A stretch of 64,000 nucleotides of DNA, from positions 376,030,001 through 376,094,000 of the forward strand of contig OZ024741.1 of assembly GCA_964016885.1 (NCBI GenBank). Reading direction: 5' to 3'. The translations under genes and the position numbers were made by a program. The notes beneath the pieces are model-generated. The model was not told the origin of the DNA, searched no databases, and saw only the letters and a list, made by a program, of their open reading frames with translations. Below are positions 25,701 to 40,400 of the stretch, piece after piece. Numbering within the stretch: position 1 is the first letter of the stretch; each line of letters opens with the position of its first letter. Source of the DNA: Eledone cirrhosa. Taxonomy: Eukaryota.

Positions 25701-28700
25701 ACAACACAGTAGACGTGGACAGTGGGGAACAACACAGCAGAGTAGGACAGTCAGGAACAACACAGTAGACGTGGACAGTGGGGAACAACACAGTAGACGT
25801 GGACAGTGAGGAACAACACAGTAGACGTGGACAGTGAGGAACAACACAGTAGACGTGGACAGTGAGGAACAACACAGTAGACGTGGACAGTGGGGAACAA
25901 CACAGTAGACGTGGACAGTGAGGAACAACACATTAGAGGTGGACAGTGGGGAACAACACAGTAGAGGTGGACAGTGGGGAACAACACAGTAGACGTGGAC
26001 AGTGAGGAACAACACATTAGAGGTGGACAGTGGGGAACAACACAGTAGACGTGGACGGTGGGGAACAACACAGTAGACGTGGACAGTGAGGAACAACACA
26101 GTAGACGTGGACAGTGGGGAACAACACAGTAGACGTGGACGGTGGGGAACAACACAGTAGACGTGGACAGTGAGGAACAACACAGTAGACGTGGACAGTG
26201 GGGAACAACACAGTAGACGTGGACAGTGGGGAACAACAGAGTAGATGTGGACGGTGGAAAACAACACAGTAGACGTGGACAGTGGGGAACAACACAGTAG
26301 ACGTGGACAGTGGGGAACAACACATTAGAGGTGGACAGTGGGGAACAACACAGTAGAGGTGGACAGTGAGGAACAACACAGTAGACGTGGACAGTGAGGA
26401 ACAACACATTAGAGGTGGACAGTGGGGAACAACACAGTAGAGGTGGACAGTGGGGAACAACACAGTAGACGTGGACAGTGAGGAACAACACATTAGAGGT
26501 GGACAGTGGGGAACAACACAGTAGACGTGGACAGTGGGGAACAACACAGTAGACGTGGACAGTGGGGAACAACACAGTAGACGTGTACAGTGGGGAACAA
26601 CACATTAGAGGTGGACAGTGGGGAACAACACAGTAGACGTGGACAGTGGGGAACAACACAGTAGACGTGGACAGTGGGGAACAACACAGTAGACGTGGAC
26701 AGTGAGGAACAACACAGTAGAGGTGGACAGTGAGGAACAACACAGTAGAGGTGGACAGTGAGGAACAACACAGTAGACGTGGACAGTGAGGAACAACACA
26801 GTAGACGTGGACAGTGGGGAACAACACAGTAGAGGTGGACAGTGGGGAACAACACAGTAGACGTGGACAGTGAGGAACAACACAGTAGAGTAGGACAGTC
26901 AGGAACAACACAGTAGACGTGGACAGTGGGGAACAACACAGTAGACGTGGACAGTGGGGAACAACACAGTAGACGTGGACAGTGAGGAACAACACAGTAG
27001 ACGTGGACAGTGGGGAACAACACAGTAGACGTGGACAGTGGGGAACAACACAGTAGACGTGGACAGTGGGGAACAACACAGTAGACGTGGACAGTGAGGA
27101 ACAACACAGTAGACGTGGACAGTGGGGAACAACACAGTAGACGTGGACAGTGGGGAACAACACAGTAGACGTGGACAGTGGGGAACAACACAGTAGACGT
27201 GGACAGTGGGGAACAACACAGTAGACGTGGACAGTGGGGAACAACACAGTAGACGTGGACAGTGGGGAACAACACAGTAGACGTGGACAGTGGGGAACAA
27301 CACAGTAGACGTGGACAGTGAGGAACAACACAGTAGACGTGGACAGCGAGGAACAACACAGTAGACGTGGACAGCGAGGAACAACACAGTAGACGTGGAC
27401 AGTGAGGAACAACACAGTAGACGTGGACAGTGAGGAACAACACAGTAGACGTGGACAGTGGGGAACAACACAGTATACGTGGACAGTGAGGAACAACACA
27501 GTAGACGTGGACAGTGAGGAACAACACAATAGACGTGGACAGTGGGGAACAACACAGTAGACGTGGACAGTGGGGAACAACACAGTAGACGTGGACAGTG
27601 AGGAACAACACAGTAGACGTGGACAGTGAGGAACAACACAGTAGACGTGGACAGTGGGGAACAACCCATTAGACGTGGACAGTGAGGAACAACACAATAG
27701 ACGTGGACAGTGGGGAACAACACAGTAGACGTGGACAGTGGGGAACAACACAGTAGACGTGGACAGTGAGGAACAACACAGTAGACGTGGACAGTGGGGG
27801 AACAACACAGTAGACGTGGACAGTGGGGAACAACACATTAGAGGTGGACAGTGGGGAACAACACAATAGACGTGGACAGTGGGGAACAACACAGTAGACG
27901 TGGACAGTGGGGAACAACACAGTAGACGTGGACAGTGGGGAACAACACAGTAGACGTGGACAGTGGGGAACAACACAGTAGACGTGGACAGTTGGGAATA
28001 ACACAGTAGACGTGGACAGTGGGGAGCAACACAGTAGACGTGGACAGTGAGGAACAACACAGTAGACGTGGACAGTGAGGAACAACACAGTAGACGTGGA
28101 CAGTGAGGAACAACACAGTAGACGTGGACAGTGGGGAACAACACATTAGAGGTGGACAGTGGGGAACAACACAATAGACGTGGACAGTGGGGAACAACCC
28201 ATTAGACGTGGACAGTGGGGAACAACACAGTAGACGTGGACAGTGGGGAACAACACAGTAGACGTGGACAGTTGGGAACAACACAGTAGACGTGGACAGT
28301 GGGGAGCAACACAGTAGACGTGGACAGTGGGGGACAACACAGTAGACGTGGACAGTGAGGAACAACACATTAGAGGTGGACAGTGGGGAACAACACAGTA
28401 GAGGTGGACAGTGGGGAACAACACAGTAGAGGTGGACAGTGGGGAACAACACAGTAGACGTGGACAGTGGGGAACAACACAGTAGAGGTGGACAGTGGGG
28501 AACAACACAGTAGACGTGGACAGTGAGGAACAACACATTAGAGGTGGACAGTGGGGAACAACACAGTAGAGGTGGACAGTGGGGAACAACACAGTAGACG
28601 TGGACAGTGGGGAACAACACAGTAGACGTGGACAGTGGGGAACAACACAGTAGACGTGGACAGCGGGGAGCAACACAGTAGACGTGGACAGTGGGGAACA

Positions 28701-30230
28701 ACACAGTAGAGGTGGACAGTGGGGAACAACACAGTAGACGTGGACAGTGAGGAACAACACAGTAGACGTGGACAGTGGGGAACAACACAGTAGACGTGGA
28801 CAGTGGGGAACAACACAGTAGACGTGGACAGTGGGGAACAACACAGTAGACGTGGACAGTGGGGAACAACACAGTAGACGTGGACAGTGAGGAACAACAC
28901 AGTAGACGTGGACAGTGGGGAACAACACAGTAGACGTGGACAGTGGGGAACAAAACAGTAGACGTGGACAGTGGGGAACAACACAGTAGACGTGGACAGT
29001 GAGGAACAACACAGTAGAGGTGGACAGTGGGGAACAACACAGTAGAGGTGGACAGTGAGGAACAACACAGTAGACGTGGACAGTGGGGAACAACACAGTA
29101 GACGTGGACAGTGGGGAACAACACAGTAGACGTGGACAGTGAGGAACAACACAGTAGACGTGGACAGTGGGGAACAAAACAGTAGACGTGGACAGTGGGG
29201 AACAACACAGTAGACGTGGACAGTGGGGAACAACACAGTAGACGTGGACAGTGTGGAACAACACAGTAGACGTGGACAGTGAGGAACAACACAGTAGACG
29301 TGGACAGTGAGGAACAACACAGTAGACGTGGACAGTGGGGAACAACACAGTAGACGTGGACAGTGAGGAACAACACAGTAGACGTGGACAGTGAGGAACA
29401 ACACAGTAGACGTGGACAGTGAGGAACAACACAGTAGACGTGGACAGTGGGGAACAACACAGTAGACGTGGACAGTGGGGAACAACACAGTAGACGTGGA
29501 CAGTGGGGAACAACACAGTAGACGTGGACAGTGGGGAACAACACAGTAGACGTGGACAGTGGGGAACAACACAGTAGACGTGGACAGTGGGGAACAACAC
29601 AGTAGAGGTGGACAGTGCGGAACAACACAGTAGACGTGGACAGTGGGGAACAACACAGTAGACGTGGACAGTGAGGAACAACACAGTAGACGTGGACAGT
29701 GAGGAACAACACGGTAGACGTGGACATTGGGGAACAACACAGAAGACGTGGACAGTGAGGAACAACACGGTAGACGTTGACAGTGAGGAACAACACAGTA
29801 GACGTGGACAGTGGGGAACAACACAGTAGACGTGGACATTGGGGAACAACACAGTAGACGTGGACAGTGAGGAACAACACGGTAGACGTTGACAGTGAGG
29901 AACAACACAGTAGACGTGGACATTGGGGAACAACACAGTAGACGTGGACAGTGAGGAACAACACGGTAGACGTTGACAGTGAGGAACAACACAGTAGACG
30001 TGGACAGTGGGGAACAACACAGTAGACGTGGACTGTGAGGAACAACACAGTAGACGTGGACAGTGAGGAACAACACAGTAGACGTGGACAGTGGGGAACA
30101 ACACAGTAGACGTGGACAGTGGGGAACAACACAGTAGACGTGGACAGTGGGGAACAACACAGTAGACGTGGACAGTGAGGAACAACACGGTAGACGTTGA
30201 CAGTGAGGAACAACACAGTAGACGTGGACA
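13790..30230. repeat. 8,205-bp higher-order tandem duplication (293 monomers + 1 nt), 2 copies
   Basis: Rare variants recur at +8205 (e.g. cagtAggg 13935/22140). ORF-track coordinates recur at the same offset: 14088/22293, 17154/25359, 19941/28146. Confidence 0.93.
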
Positions 30231-33200
30231 TTGGGGAACAACACAGTAGACGTGGACAGTGAGGAACAACACGGTAGACGTTGACAGTGAGGAACAACAC
30301 AGTAGACGTGGACAGTGGGGAACAACACAGTAGACGTGGACTGTGAGGAACAACACAGTAGACGTGGACAGTGAGGAACAACACAGTAGACGTGGACAGT
30401 GGGGAACAACACAGTAGACGTGGACAGTGGGGAACAACACAGTAGACGTGGACAGTGGGGAACAACACAGTAGACGTGGACAGTGGGGAACAACACAGTA
30501 GACGTGGACAGTGGGGAACAACACAGTAGACGTGGACAGTGGGGAACAACACAGTAGACGTGGACAGTGGGGAACAACACAGTAGACGTGGACAGTGGGG
30601 TAACAACACAGTAGACGTGGACAGTGAGGAACAACACAGTAGACGTGGACGGTGGGGAACAACACAGTAGACGTGGACAGTAGGGAACAACACAGTAGAC
30701 GTGGACAGTGGGGAACAACACAGTAGACGTGGACAGTGAGGAACAACACAGTAGACGTGGACAGTGGGGAACAACACAGTAGACGTGGATAGTGGGGAAC
30801 AACCCAGTAGACGTGGACAGTGGGTGACAACACATCAGACGTGGACAGTGAGGAACAACACAGTAGAGGTGGACAGTGGGGAACAACACAGTAGACGTGG
30901 ACAGTGGGGAACAACACAGTAGACGTGGACAGTGGGGAACAACACAGTAGAGGTGGACAGTGGGGAACAACCCAGTAGACGTGGACAGTGAGGAACAACA
31001 CAGTAGACGTGGATAGTGGGGAACAACCCAGTAGATGTGGACAGTGGGGAACAACACAGTAGACGTGGACAGTGGGGAACAACACAGTAGAGGTGGACAG
31101 TGGGGAACAACCCAGTAGACGTGGACAGTGAGGAACAACACAGTAGAGGTGGACAGTGGGGAACAACACAGTAGAGGTGGACAGTGAGGAACACAGTAGA
31201 CGTGGACAGTGGGGAACAACACAGTAGACGTGGACAGTGAGGAACAACACAGTAGACGTGGATAGTGGGGAACAACACAGTAGACGTGGACAGTGAGGAA
31301 CAACACAGTAGACGTGGACAGTGAGGAACAACACAGTAGACGTGGACAGTGGGGAACAACACAGTAGACGTTGACAGTGGGGAACAACACAGTACACGTG
31401 GATAGTGGGGAACAACCCAGTAGACGTGGACAGTGGGGAACAACACAGTAGAGGTGGACAGTGGGGAACAACACAGTAGAGGTGGACAGTGAGGAACAAC
31501 ACAGTAGACGTGGACAGTGGGGAACAACCCAGTAGACGTGGACAGTGAGGAACAACACAGTAGAGGTGGACAGTGAGGAACAACACAGTAGACGTGGACA
31601 GTGAGGAACAACACAGTAGACGTGGACAGTGGGGAACAACACAGTAGGCGTGGACAGTGGGGAACTACACAGTAGACGTGGACAGTGAGGAACAACACAG
31701 TAGAGCTGGACAGTGAGGAACAACACAGTAGACGTGGACAGTGAGGAACAACACAGTAGACGTGGACAGTGAGGAACAACACAGTAGACGTGGACAGTGA
31801 GGAACAACACAGTAGACGTGGACAGTGGGGAACAACACAGTAGACGTGGACAGTAGGGAACAACACAGTAGACGTGGACAGTGAGGAACAACACAGTAGA
31901 CGTGGACAGTGGGGAACAACACAGTAGACGTGGACAGTGGGGAACAACACAGTAGACGTGGACAGTGGGGAACAACACAGCAGAGTAGGACAGTCAGGAA
32001 CAACACAGTAGACGTGGACAGTGGGGAACAACACAGTAGACGTGGACAGTGAGGAACAACACAGTAGACGTGGACAGTGAGGAACAACACAGTAGACGTG
32101 GACAGTGAGGAACAACACAGTAGACGTGGACAGTGGGGAACAACACAGTAGACGTGGACAGTGAGGAACAACACATTAGAGGTGGACAGTGGGGAACAAC
32201 ACAGTAGAGGTGGACAGTGGGGAACAACACAGTAGACGTGGACAGTGAGGAACAACACATTAGAGGTGGACAGTGGGGAACAACACAGTAGACGTGGACG
32301 GTGGGGAACAACACAGTAGACGTGGACAGTGAGGAACAACACAGTAGACGTGGACAGTGGGGAACAACACAGTAGACGTGGACGGTGGGGAACAACACAG
32401 TAGACGTGGACAGTGAGGAACAACACAGTAGACGTGGACAGTGGGGAACAACACAGTAGACGTGGACAGTGGGGAACAACAGAGTAGATGTGGACGGTGG
32501 AAAACAACACAGTAGACGTGGACAGTGGGGAACAACACAGTAGACGTGGACAGTGGGGAACAACACATTAGAGGTGGACAGTGGGGAACAACACAGTAGA
32601 GGTGGACAGTGAGGAACAACACAGTAGACGTGGACAGTGAGGAACAACACATTAGAGGTGGACAGTGGGGAACAACACAGTAGAGGTGGACAGTGGGGAA
32701 CAACACAGTAGACGTGGACAGTGAGGAACAACACATTAGAGGTGGACAGTGGGGAACAACACAGTAGACGTGGACAGTGGGGAACAACACAGTAGACGTG
32801 GACAGTGGGGAACAACACAGTAGACGTGGACAGTGGGGAACAACACAGTAGAGGTGGACAGTGGGGAACAACACAGTAGACGTGGACAGTGAGGAACAAC
32901 ACATTAGAGGTGGACAGTGGGGAACAACACAGTAGAGGTGGACAGTGGGGAACAACACAGTAGACGTGGACAGTGGGGAACAACACAGTAGACGTGGACA
33001 GTGGGGAACAACACAGTAGACGTGGACAGCGGGGAGCAACACAGTAGACGTGGACAGTGGGGAACAACACAGTAGAGGTGGACAGTGGGGAACAACACAG
33101 TAGACGTGGACAGTGAGGAACAACACAGTAGACGTGGACAGTGGGGAACAACACAGTAGACGTGGACAGTGGGGAACAACACAGTAGACGTGGACAGTGG

Positions 33201-34409
33201 GGAACAACACAGTAGACGTGGACAGTGGGGAACAACACAGTAGACGTGGACAGTGAGGAACAACACAGTAGACGTGGACAGTGGGGAACAACACAGTAGA
33301 CGTGGACAGTGGGGAACAAAACAGTAGACGTGGACAGTGGGGAACAACACAGTAGACGTGGTCAGTGAGGAACAACACAGTAGAGGTGGACAGTGGGGAA
33401 CAACACAGTAGAGGTGGACAGTGAGGAACAACACAGTAGACGTGGACAGTGGGGAACAACACAGTAGACGTGGACAGTGGGGAACAACACAGTAGACGTG
33501 GACAGTGAGGAACAACACGGTAGACGTGGACAGTGGGGAACAAAACAGTAGACGTGGACAGTGGGGAACAACACAGTAGACGTGGACAGTGGGGAACAAC
33601 ACAGTAGACGTGGACAGTGTGGAACAACACAGTAGACGTGGACAGTGAGGAACAACACAGTAGACGTGGACAGTGAGGAACAACACAGTAGACGTGGACA
33701 GTGGGGAACAACACAGTAGACGTGGACAGTGAGGAACAACACAGTAGACGTGGACAGTGAGGAACAACACAGTAGACGTGGACAGTGAGGAACAACACAG
33801 TAGACGTGGACAGTGGGGAACAACACAGTAGACGTGGACAGTGGGGAACAACACAGTAGACGTGGACAGTGGGGAACAACACAGTAGACGTGGACAGTGG
33901 GGAACAACACAGTAGACGTGGACAGTGGGGAACAACACAGTAGACGTGGACAGTGGGGAACAACACAGTAGAGGTGGACAGTGCGGAACAACACAGTAGA
34001 CGTGGACAGTGGGGAACAACACAGTAGACGTGGACAGTGAGGAACAACACAGTAGACGTGGACAGTGAGGAACAACACGGTAGACGTGGACATTGGGGAA
34101 CAACACAGAAGACGTGGACAGTGAGGAACAACACGGTAGACGTTGACAGTGAGGAACAACACAGTAGACGTGGACAGTGGGGAACAACACAGTAGACGTG
34201 GACATTGGGGAACAACACAGTAGACGTGGACAGTGAGGAACAACACGGTAGACGTTGACAGTGAGGAACAACACAGTAGACGTGGACATTGGGGAACAAC
34301 ACAGTAGACGTGGACAGTGAGGAACAACACGGTAGACGTTGACAGTGAGGAACAACACAGTAGACGTGGACAGTGGGGAACAACACAGTAGACGTGGACT
34401 GTGAGGAAC

Positions 34410-37400
34410 AACACAGTAGACGTGGACAGTGAGGAACAACACAGTAGACGTGGACAGTGGGGAACAACACAGTAGACGTGGACAGTGGGGAACAACACAG
34501 TAGACGTGGACAGTGGGGAACAACACAGTAGACGTGGACAGTGAGGAACAACACGGTAGACGTTGACAGTGAGGAACAACACAGTAGACGTGGACATTGG
34601 GGAACAACACAGTAGACGTGGACAGTGAGGAACAACACGGTAGACGTTGACAGTGAGGAACAACACAGTAGACGTGGACAGTGGGGAACAACACAGTAGA
34701 CGTGGACTGTGAGGAACAACACAGTAGACGTGGACAGTGAGGAACAACACAGTAGACGTGGACAGTGGGGAACAACACAGTAGACGTGGACAGTGGGGAA
34801 CAACACAGTAGACGTGGACAGTGGGGAACAACACAGTAGACGTGGACAGTGGGGAACAACACAGTAGACGTGGACAGTGGGGAACAACACAGTAGACGTG
34901 GACAGTGGGGAACAACACAGTAGACGTGGACAGTGGGGAACAACACAGTAGACGTGGACAGTGGGGAACAACACAGTAGACGTGGACAGTGGGGTAACAA
35001 CACAGTAGACGTGGACAGTGAGGAACAACACAGTAGACGTGGACAGTGGGGAACAACACAGTAGACGTGGACAGTAGGGAACAACACAGTAGACGTGGAC
35101 AGTGGGGAACAACACAGTAGACGTGGACAGTGAGGAACAACACAGTAGACGTGGACAGTGGGGAACAACACAGTAGACGTGGATAGTGGGGAACAACCCA
35201 GTAGACGTGGACAGTGGGGGACAACACATCAGACGTGGACAGTGAGGAACAACACAGTAGAGGTGGACAGTGGGGAACAACACAGTAGACGTGGACAGTG
35301 AGGAACAACACAGTAGACGTGGACAGTGGGGAACAACACAGTAGACGTGGATAGTGGGGAACAACCCAGTAGATGTGGACAGTGGGGAACAACACAGTAG
35401 ACGTGGACAGTGGGGAACAACACAGTAGAGGTGGACAGTGGGGAACAACCCAGTAGACGTGGACAGTGAGGAACAACACAGTAGAGGTGGACAGTGGGGA
35501 ACAACACAGTAGAGGTGGACAGTGAGGAACACAGTAGACGTGGACAGTGGGGAACAACACAGTAGACGTGGACAGTGAGGAACAACACAGTAGACGTGGA
35601 TAGTGGGGAACAACACAGTAGACGTGGACAGTGAGGAACAACACAGTAGACGTGGACAGTGAGGAACAACACAGTAGACGTGGACAGTGGGGAACAACAC
35701 AGTAGACGTTGACAGTGGGGAACAACACAGTAGACGTGGATAGTGGGGAACAACCCAGTAGACGTGGACAGTGGGGAACAACACAGTAGAGGTGGACAGT
35801 GGGGAACAACACAGTAGAGGTGGACAGTGAGGAACAACACAGTAGACGTGGACAGTGGGGAACAACCCAGTAGACGTGGACAGTGAGGAACAACACAGTA
35901 GAGGTGGACAGTGAGGAACAACACAGTAGACGTGGACAGTGAGGAACAACACAGTAGACGTGGACAGTGGGGAACAACACAGTAGGCGTGGACAGTGGGG
36001 AACTACACAGTAGACGTGGACAGTGAGGAACAACACAGTAGAGCTGGACAGTGAGGAACAACACAGTAGACGTGGACAGTGAGGAACAACACAGTAGACG
36101 TGGACAGTGAGGAACAACACAGTAGACGTGGACAGTGAGGAACAACACAGTAGACGTGGACAGTGGGGAACAACACAGTAGACGTGGACAGTGGGGAACA
36201 ACACAGTAGACGTGGACAGTGAGGAACAACACAGTAGACGTGGACAGTGGGGAACAACACAGTAGACGTGGACAGTGGGGAACAACACAGTAGACGTGGA
36301 CAGTGGGGAACAACACAGCAGAGTAGGACAGTCAGGAACAACACAGTAGACGTGGACAGTGGGGAACAACACAGTAGACGTGGACAGTGAGGAACAACAC
36401 AGTAGACGTGGACAGTGAGGAACAACACAGTAGACGTGGACAGTGAGGAACAACACAGTAGACGTGGACAGTGGGGAACAACACAGTAGACGTGGACAGT
36501 GAGGAACAACACATTAGAGGTGGACAGTGGGGAACAACACAGTAGAGGTGGACAGTGGGGAACAACACAGTAGACGTGGACAGTGAGGAACAACACATTA
36601 GAGGTGGACAGTGGGGAACAACACAGTAGACGTGGACGGTGGGGAACAACACAGTAGACGTGGACAGTGAGGAACAACACAGTAGACGTGGACAGTGGGG
36701 AACAACACAGTAGACGTGGACGGTGGGGAACAACACAGTAGACATGGACAGTGAGGAACAACACAGTAGACGTGGACAGTGGGGAACAACACAGTAGACG
36801 TGGACAGTGGGGAACAACAGAGTAGATGTGGACGGTGGAAAACAACACAGTAGACGTGGACAGTGGGGAACAACACAGTAGACGTGGACAGTGGGGAACA
36901 ACACATTAGAGGTGGACAGTGGGGAACAACACAGTAGAGGTGGACAGTGAGGAACAACACAGTAGACGTGGACAGTGAGGAACAACACATTAGAGGTGGA
37001 CAGTGGGGAACAACACAGTAGAGGTGGACAGTGGGGAACAACACAGTAGACGTGGACAGTGTGGAACAACACATTAGAGGTGGACAGTGGGGAACAACAC
37101 AGTAGACGTGGACAGTGGGGAACAACACAGTAGACGTGGACAGTGGGGAACAACACAGTAGACGTGTACCGTGGGGAACAACACATTAGAGGTGGACAGT
37201 GGGGAACAACACAGTAGACGTGGACAGTGGGGAACAACACAGTAGACGTGGACAGTGGGGAACAACACAGTAGACGTGGACAGTGAGGAACAACACAGTA
37301 GAGGTGGACAGTGAGGAACAACACAGTAGACGTGGACAGTGGGGAACAACACAGTAGACGTGGACAGTGGGGTAACAACACAGTAGACGTGGACAGTGAG

Positions 37401-40400
37401 GAACAACACAGTAGACGTGGACAGTGGGGAACAACACAGTAGACGTGGACAGTGGGGAACAACACAGTAGACGTGGACAGTGGGGAACAACACAGTAGAC
37501 GTGGACAGTGAGGAACAACACGGTAGACGTTGACAGTGAGGAACAACACAGTAGACGTGGACATTGGGGAACAACACAGTAGACGTGGACAGTGAGGAAC
37601 AACACGGTAGACGTTGACAGTGAGGAACAACACAGTAGACGTGGACAGTGGGGAACAACACAGTAGACGTGGACTGTGAGGAACAACACAGTAGACGTGG
37701 ACAGTGAGGAACAACACAGTAGACGTGGACAGTGGGGAACAACACAGTAGACGTGGACAGTGGGGAACAACACAGTAGACGTGGACAGTGGGGAACAACA
37801 CAGTAGACGTGGACAGTGGGGAACAACACAGTAGACGTGGACAGTGGGGAACAACACAGTAGACGTGGACAGTGGGGAACAACACAGTAGACGTGGACAG
37901 TGGGGAACAACACAGTAGACGTGGACAGTGGGGAACAACACAGTAGACGTGGACAGTGGGGTAACAACACAGTAGACGTGGACAGTGAGGAACAACACAG
38001 TAGACGTGGACAGTGGGGAACAACACAGTAGACGTGGACAGTAGGGAACAACACAGTAGACGTGGACAGTGGGGAACAACACAGTAGACGTGGACAGTGA
38101 GGAACAACACAGTAGACGTGGACAGTGGGGAACAACACAGTAGACGTGGATAGTGGGGAACAACCCAGTAGACGTGGACAGTGGGGGACAACACATCAGA
38201 CGTGGACAGTGAGGAACAACACAGTAGAGGTGGACAGTGGGGAACAACACAGTAGACGTGGACAGTGAGGAACAACACAGTAGACGTGGACAGTGGGGAA
38301 CAACACAGTAGACGTGGATAGTGGGGAACAACCCAGTAGATGTGGACAGTGGGGAACAACACAGTAGACGTGGACAGTGGGGAACAACACAGTAGAGGTG
38401 GACAGTGGGGAACAACCCAGTAGACGTGGACAGTGAGGAACAACACAGTAGAGGTGGACAGTGGGGAACAACACAGTAGAGGTGGACAGTGAGGAACACA
38501 GTAGACGTGGACAGTGGGGAACAACACAGTAGACGTGGACAGTGAGGAACAACACAGTAGACGTGGATAGTGGGGAACAACACAGTAGACGTGGACAGTG
38601 AGGAACAACACAGTAGACGTGGACAGTGAGGAACAACACAGTAGACGTGGACAGTGGGGAACAACACAGTAGACGTTGACAGTGGGGAACAACACAGTAG
38701 ACGTGGATAGTGGGGAACAACCCAGTAGACGTGGACAGTGGGGAACAACACAGTAGAGGTGGACAGTGGGGAACAACACAGTAGAGGTGGACAGTGAGGA
38801 ACAACACAGTAGACGTGGACAGTGGGGAACAACCCAGTAGACGTGGACAGTGAGGAACAACACAGTAGAGGTGGACAGTGAGGAACAACACAGTAGACGT
38901 GGACAGTGAGGAACAACACAGTAGACGTGGACAGTGGGGAACAACACAGTAGGCGTGGACAGTGGGGAACTACACAGTAGACGTGGACAGTGAGGAACAA
39001 CACAGTAGAGCTGGACAGTGAGGAACAACACAGTAGACGTGGACAGTGAGGAACAACACAGTAGACGTGGACAGTGAGGAACAACACAGTAGACGTGGAC
39101 AGTGAGGAACAACACAGTAGACGTGGACAGTGGGGAACAACACAGTAGACGTGGACAGTGGGGAACAACACAGTAGACGTGGACAGTGAGGAACAACACA
39201 GTAGACGTGGACAGTGGGGAACAACACAGTAGACGTGGACAGTGGGGAACAACACAGTAGACGTGGACAGTGGGGAACAACACAGCAGAGTAGGACAGTC
39301 AGGAACAACACAGTAGACGTGGACAGTGGGGAACAACACAGTAGACGTGGACAGTGAGGAACAACACAGTAGACGTGGACAGTGAGGAACAACACAGTAG
39401 ACGTGGACAGTGAGGAACAACACAGTAGACGTGGACAGTGGGGAACAACACAGTAGACGTGGACAGTGAGGAACAACACATTAGAGGTGGACAGTGGGGA
39501 ACAACACAGTAGAGGTGGACAGTGGGGAACAACACAGTAGACGTGGACAGTGAGGAACAACACATTAGAGGTGGACAGTGGGGAACAACACAGTAGACGT
39601 GGACGGTGGGGAACAACACAGTAGACGTGGACAGTGAGGAACAACACAGTAGACGTGGACAGTGGGGAACAACACAGTAGACGTGGACGGTGGGGAACAA
39701 CACAGTAGACATGGACAGTGAGGAACAACACAGTAGACGTGGACAGTGGGGAACAACACAGTAGACGTGGACAGTGGGGAACAACAGAGTAGATGTGGAC
39801 GGTGGAAAACAACACAGTAGACGTGGACAGTGGGGAACAACACAGTAGACGTGGACAGTGGGGAACAACACATTAGAGGTGGACAGTGGGGAACAACACA
39901 GTAGAGGTGGACAGTGAGGAACAACACAGTAGACGTGGACAGTGAGGAACAACACATTAGAGGTGGACAGTGGGGAACAACACAGTAGAGGTGGACAGTG
40001 GGGAACAACACAGTAGACGTGGACAGTGTGGAACAACACATTAGAGGTGGACAGTGGGGAACAACACAGTAGACGTGGACAGTGGGGAACAACACAGTAG
40101 ACGTGGACAGTGGGGAACAACACAGTAGACGTGTACCGTGGGGAACAACACATTAGAGGTGGACAGTGGGGAACAACACAGTAGACGTGGACAGTGGGGA
40201 ACAACACAGTAGACGTGGACAGTGGGGAACAACACAGTAGACGTGGACAGTGAGGAACAACACAGTAGAGGTGGACAGTGAGGAACAACACAGTAGACGT
40301 GGACAGTGGGGAACAACACAGTAGACGTGGACAGTGGGGTAACAACACAGTAGACGTGGACAGTGAGGAACAACACAGTAGACGTGGACAGTGGGGAACA

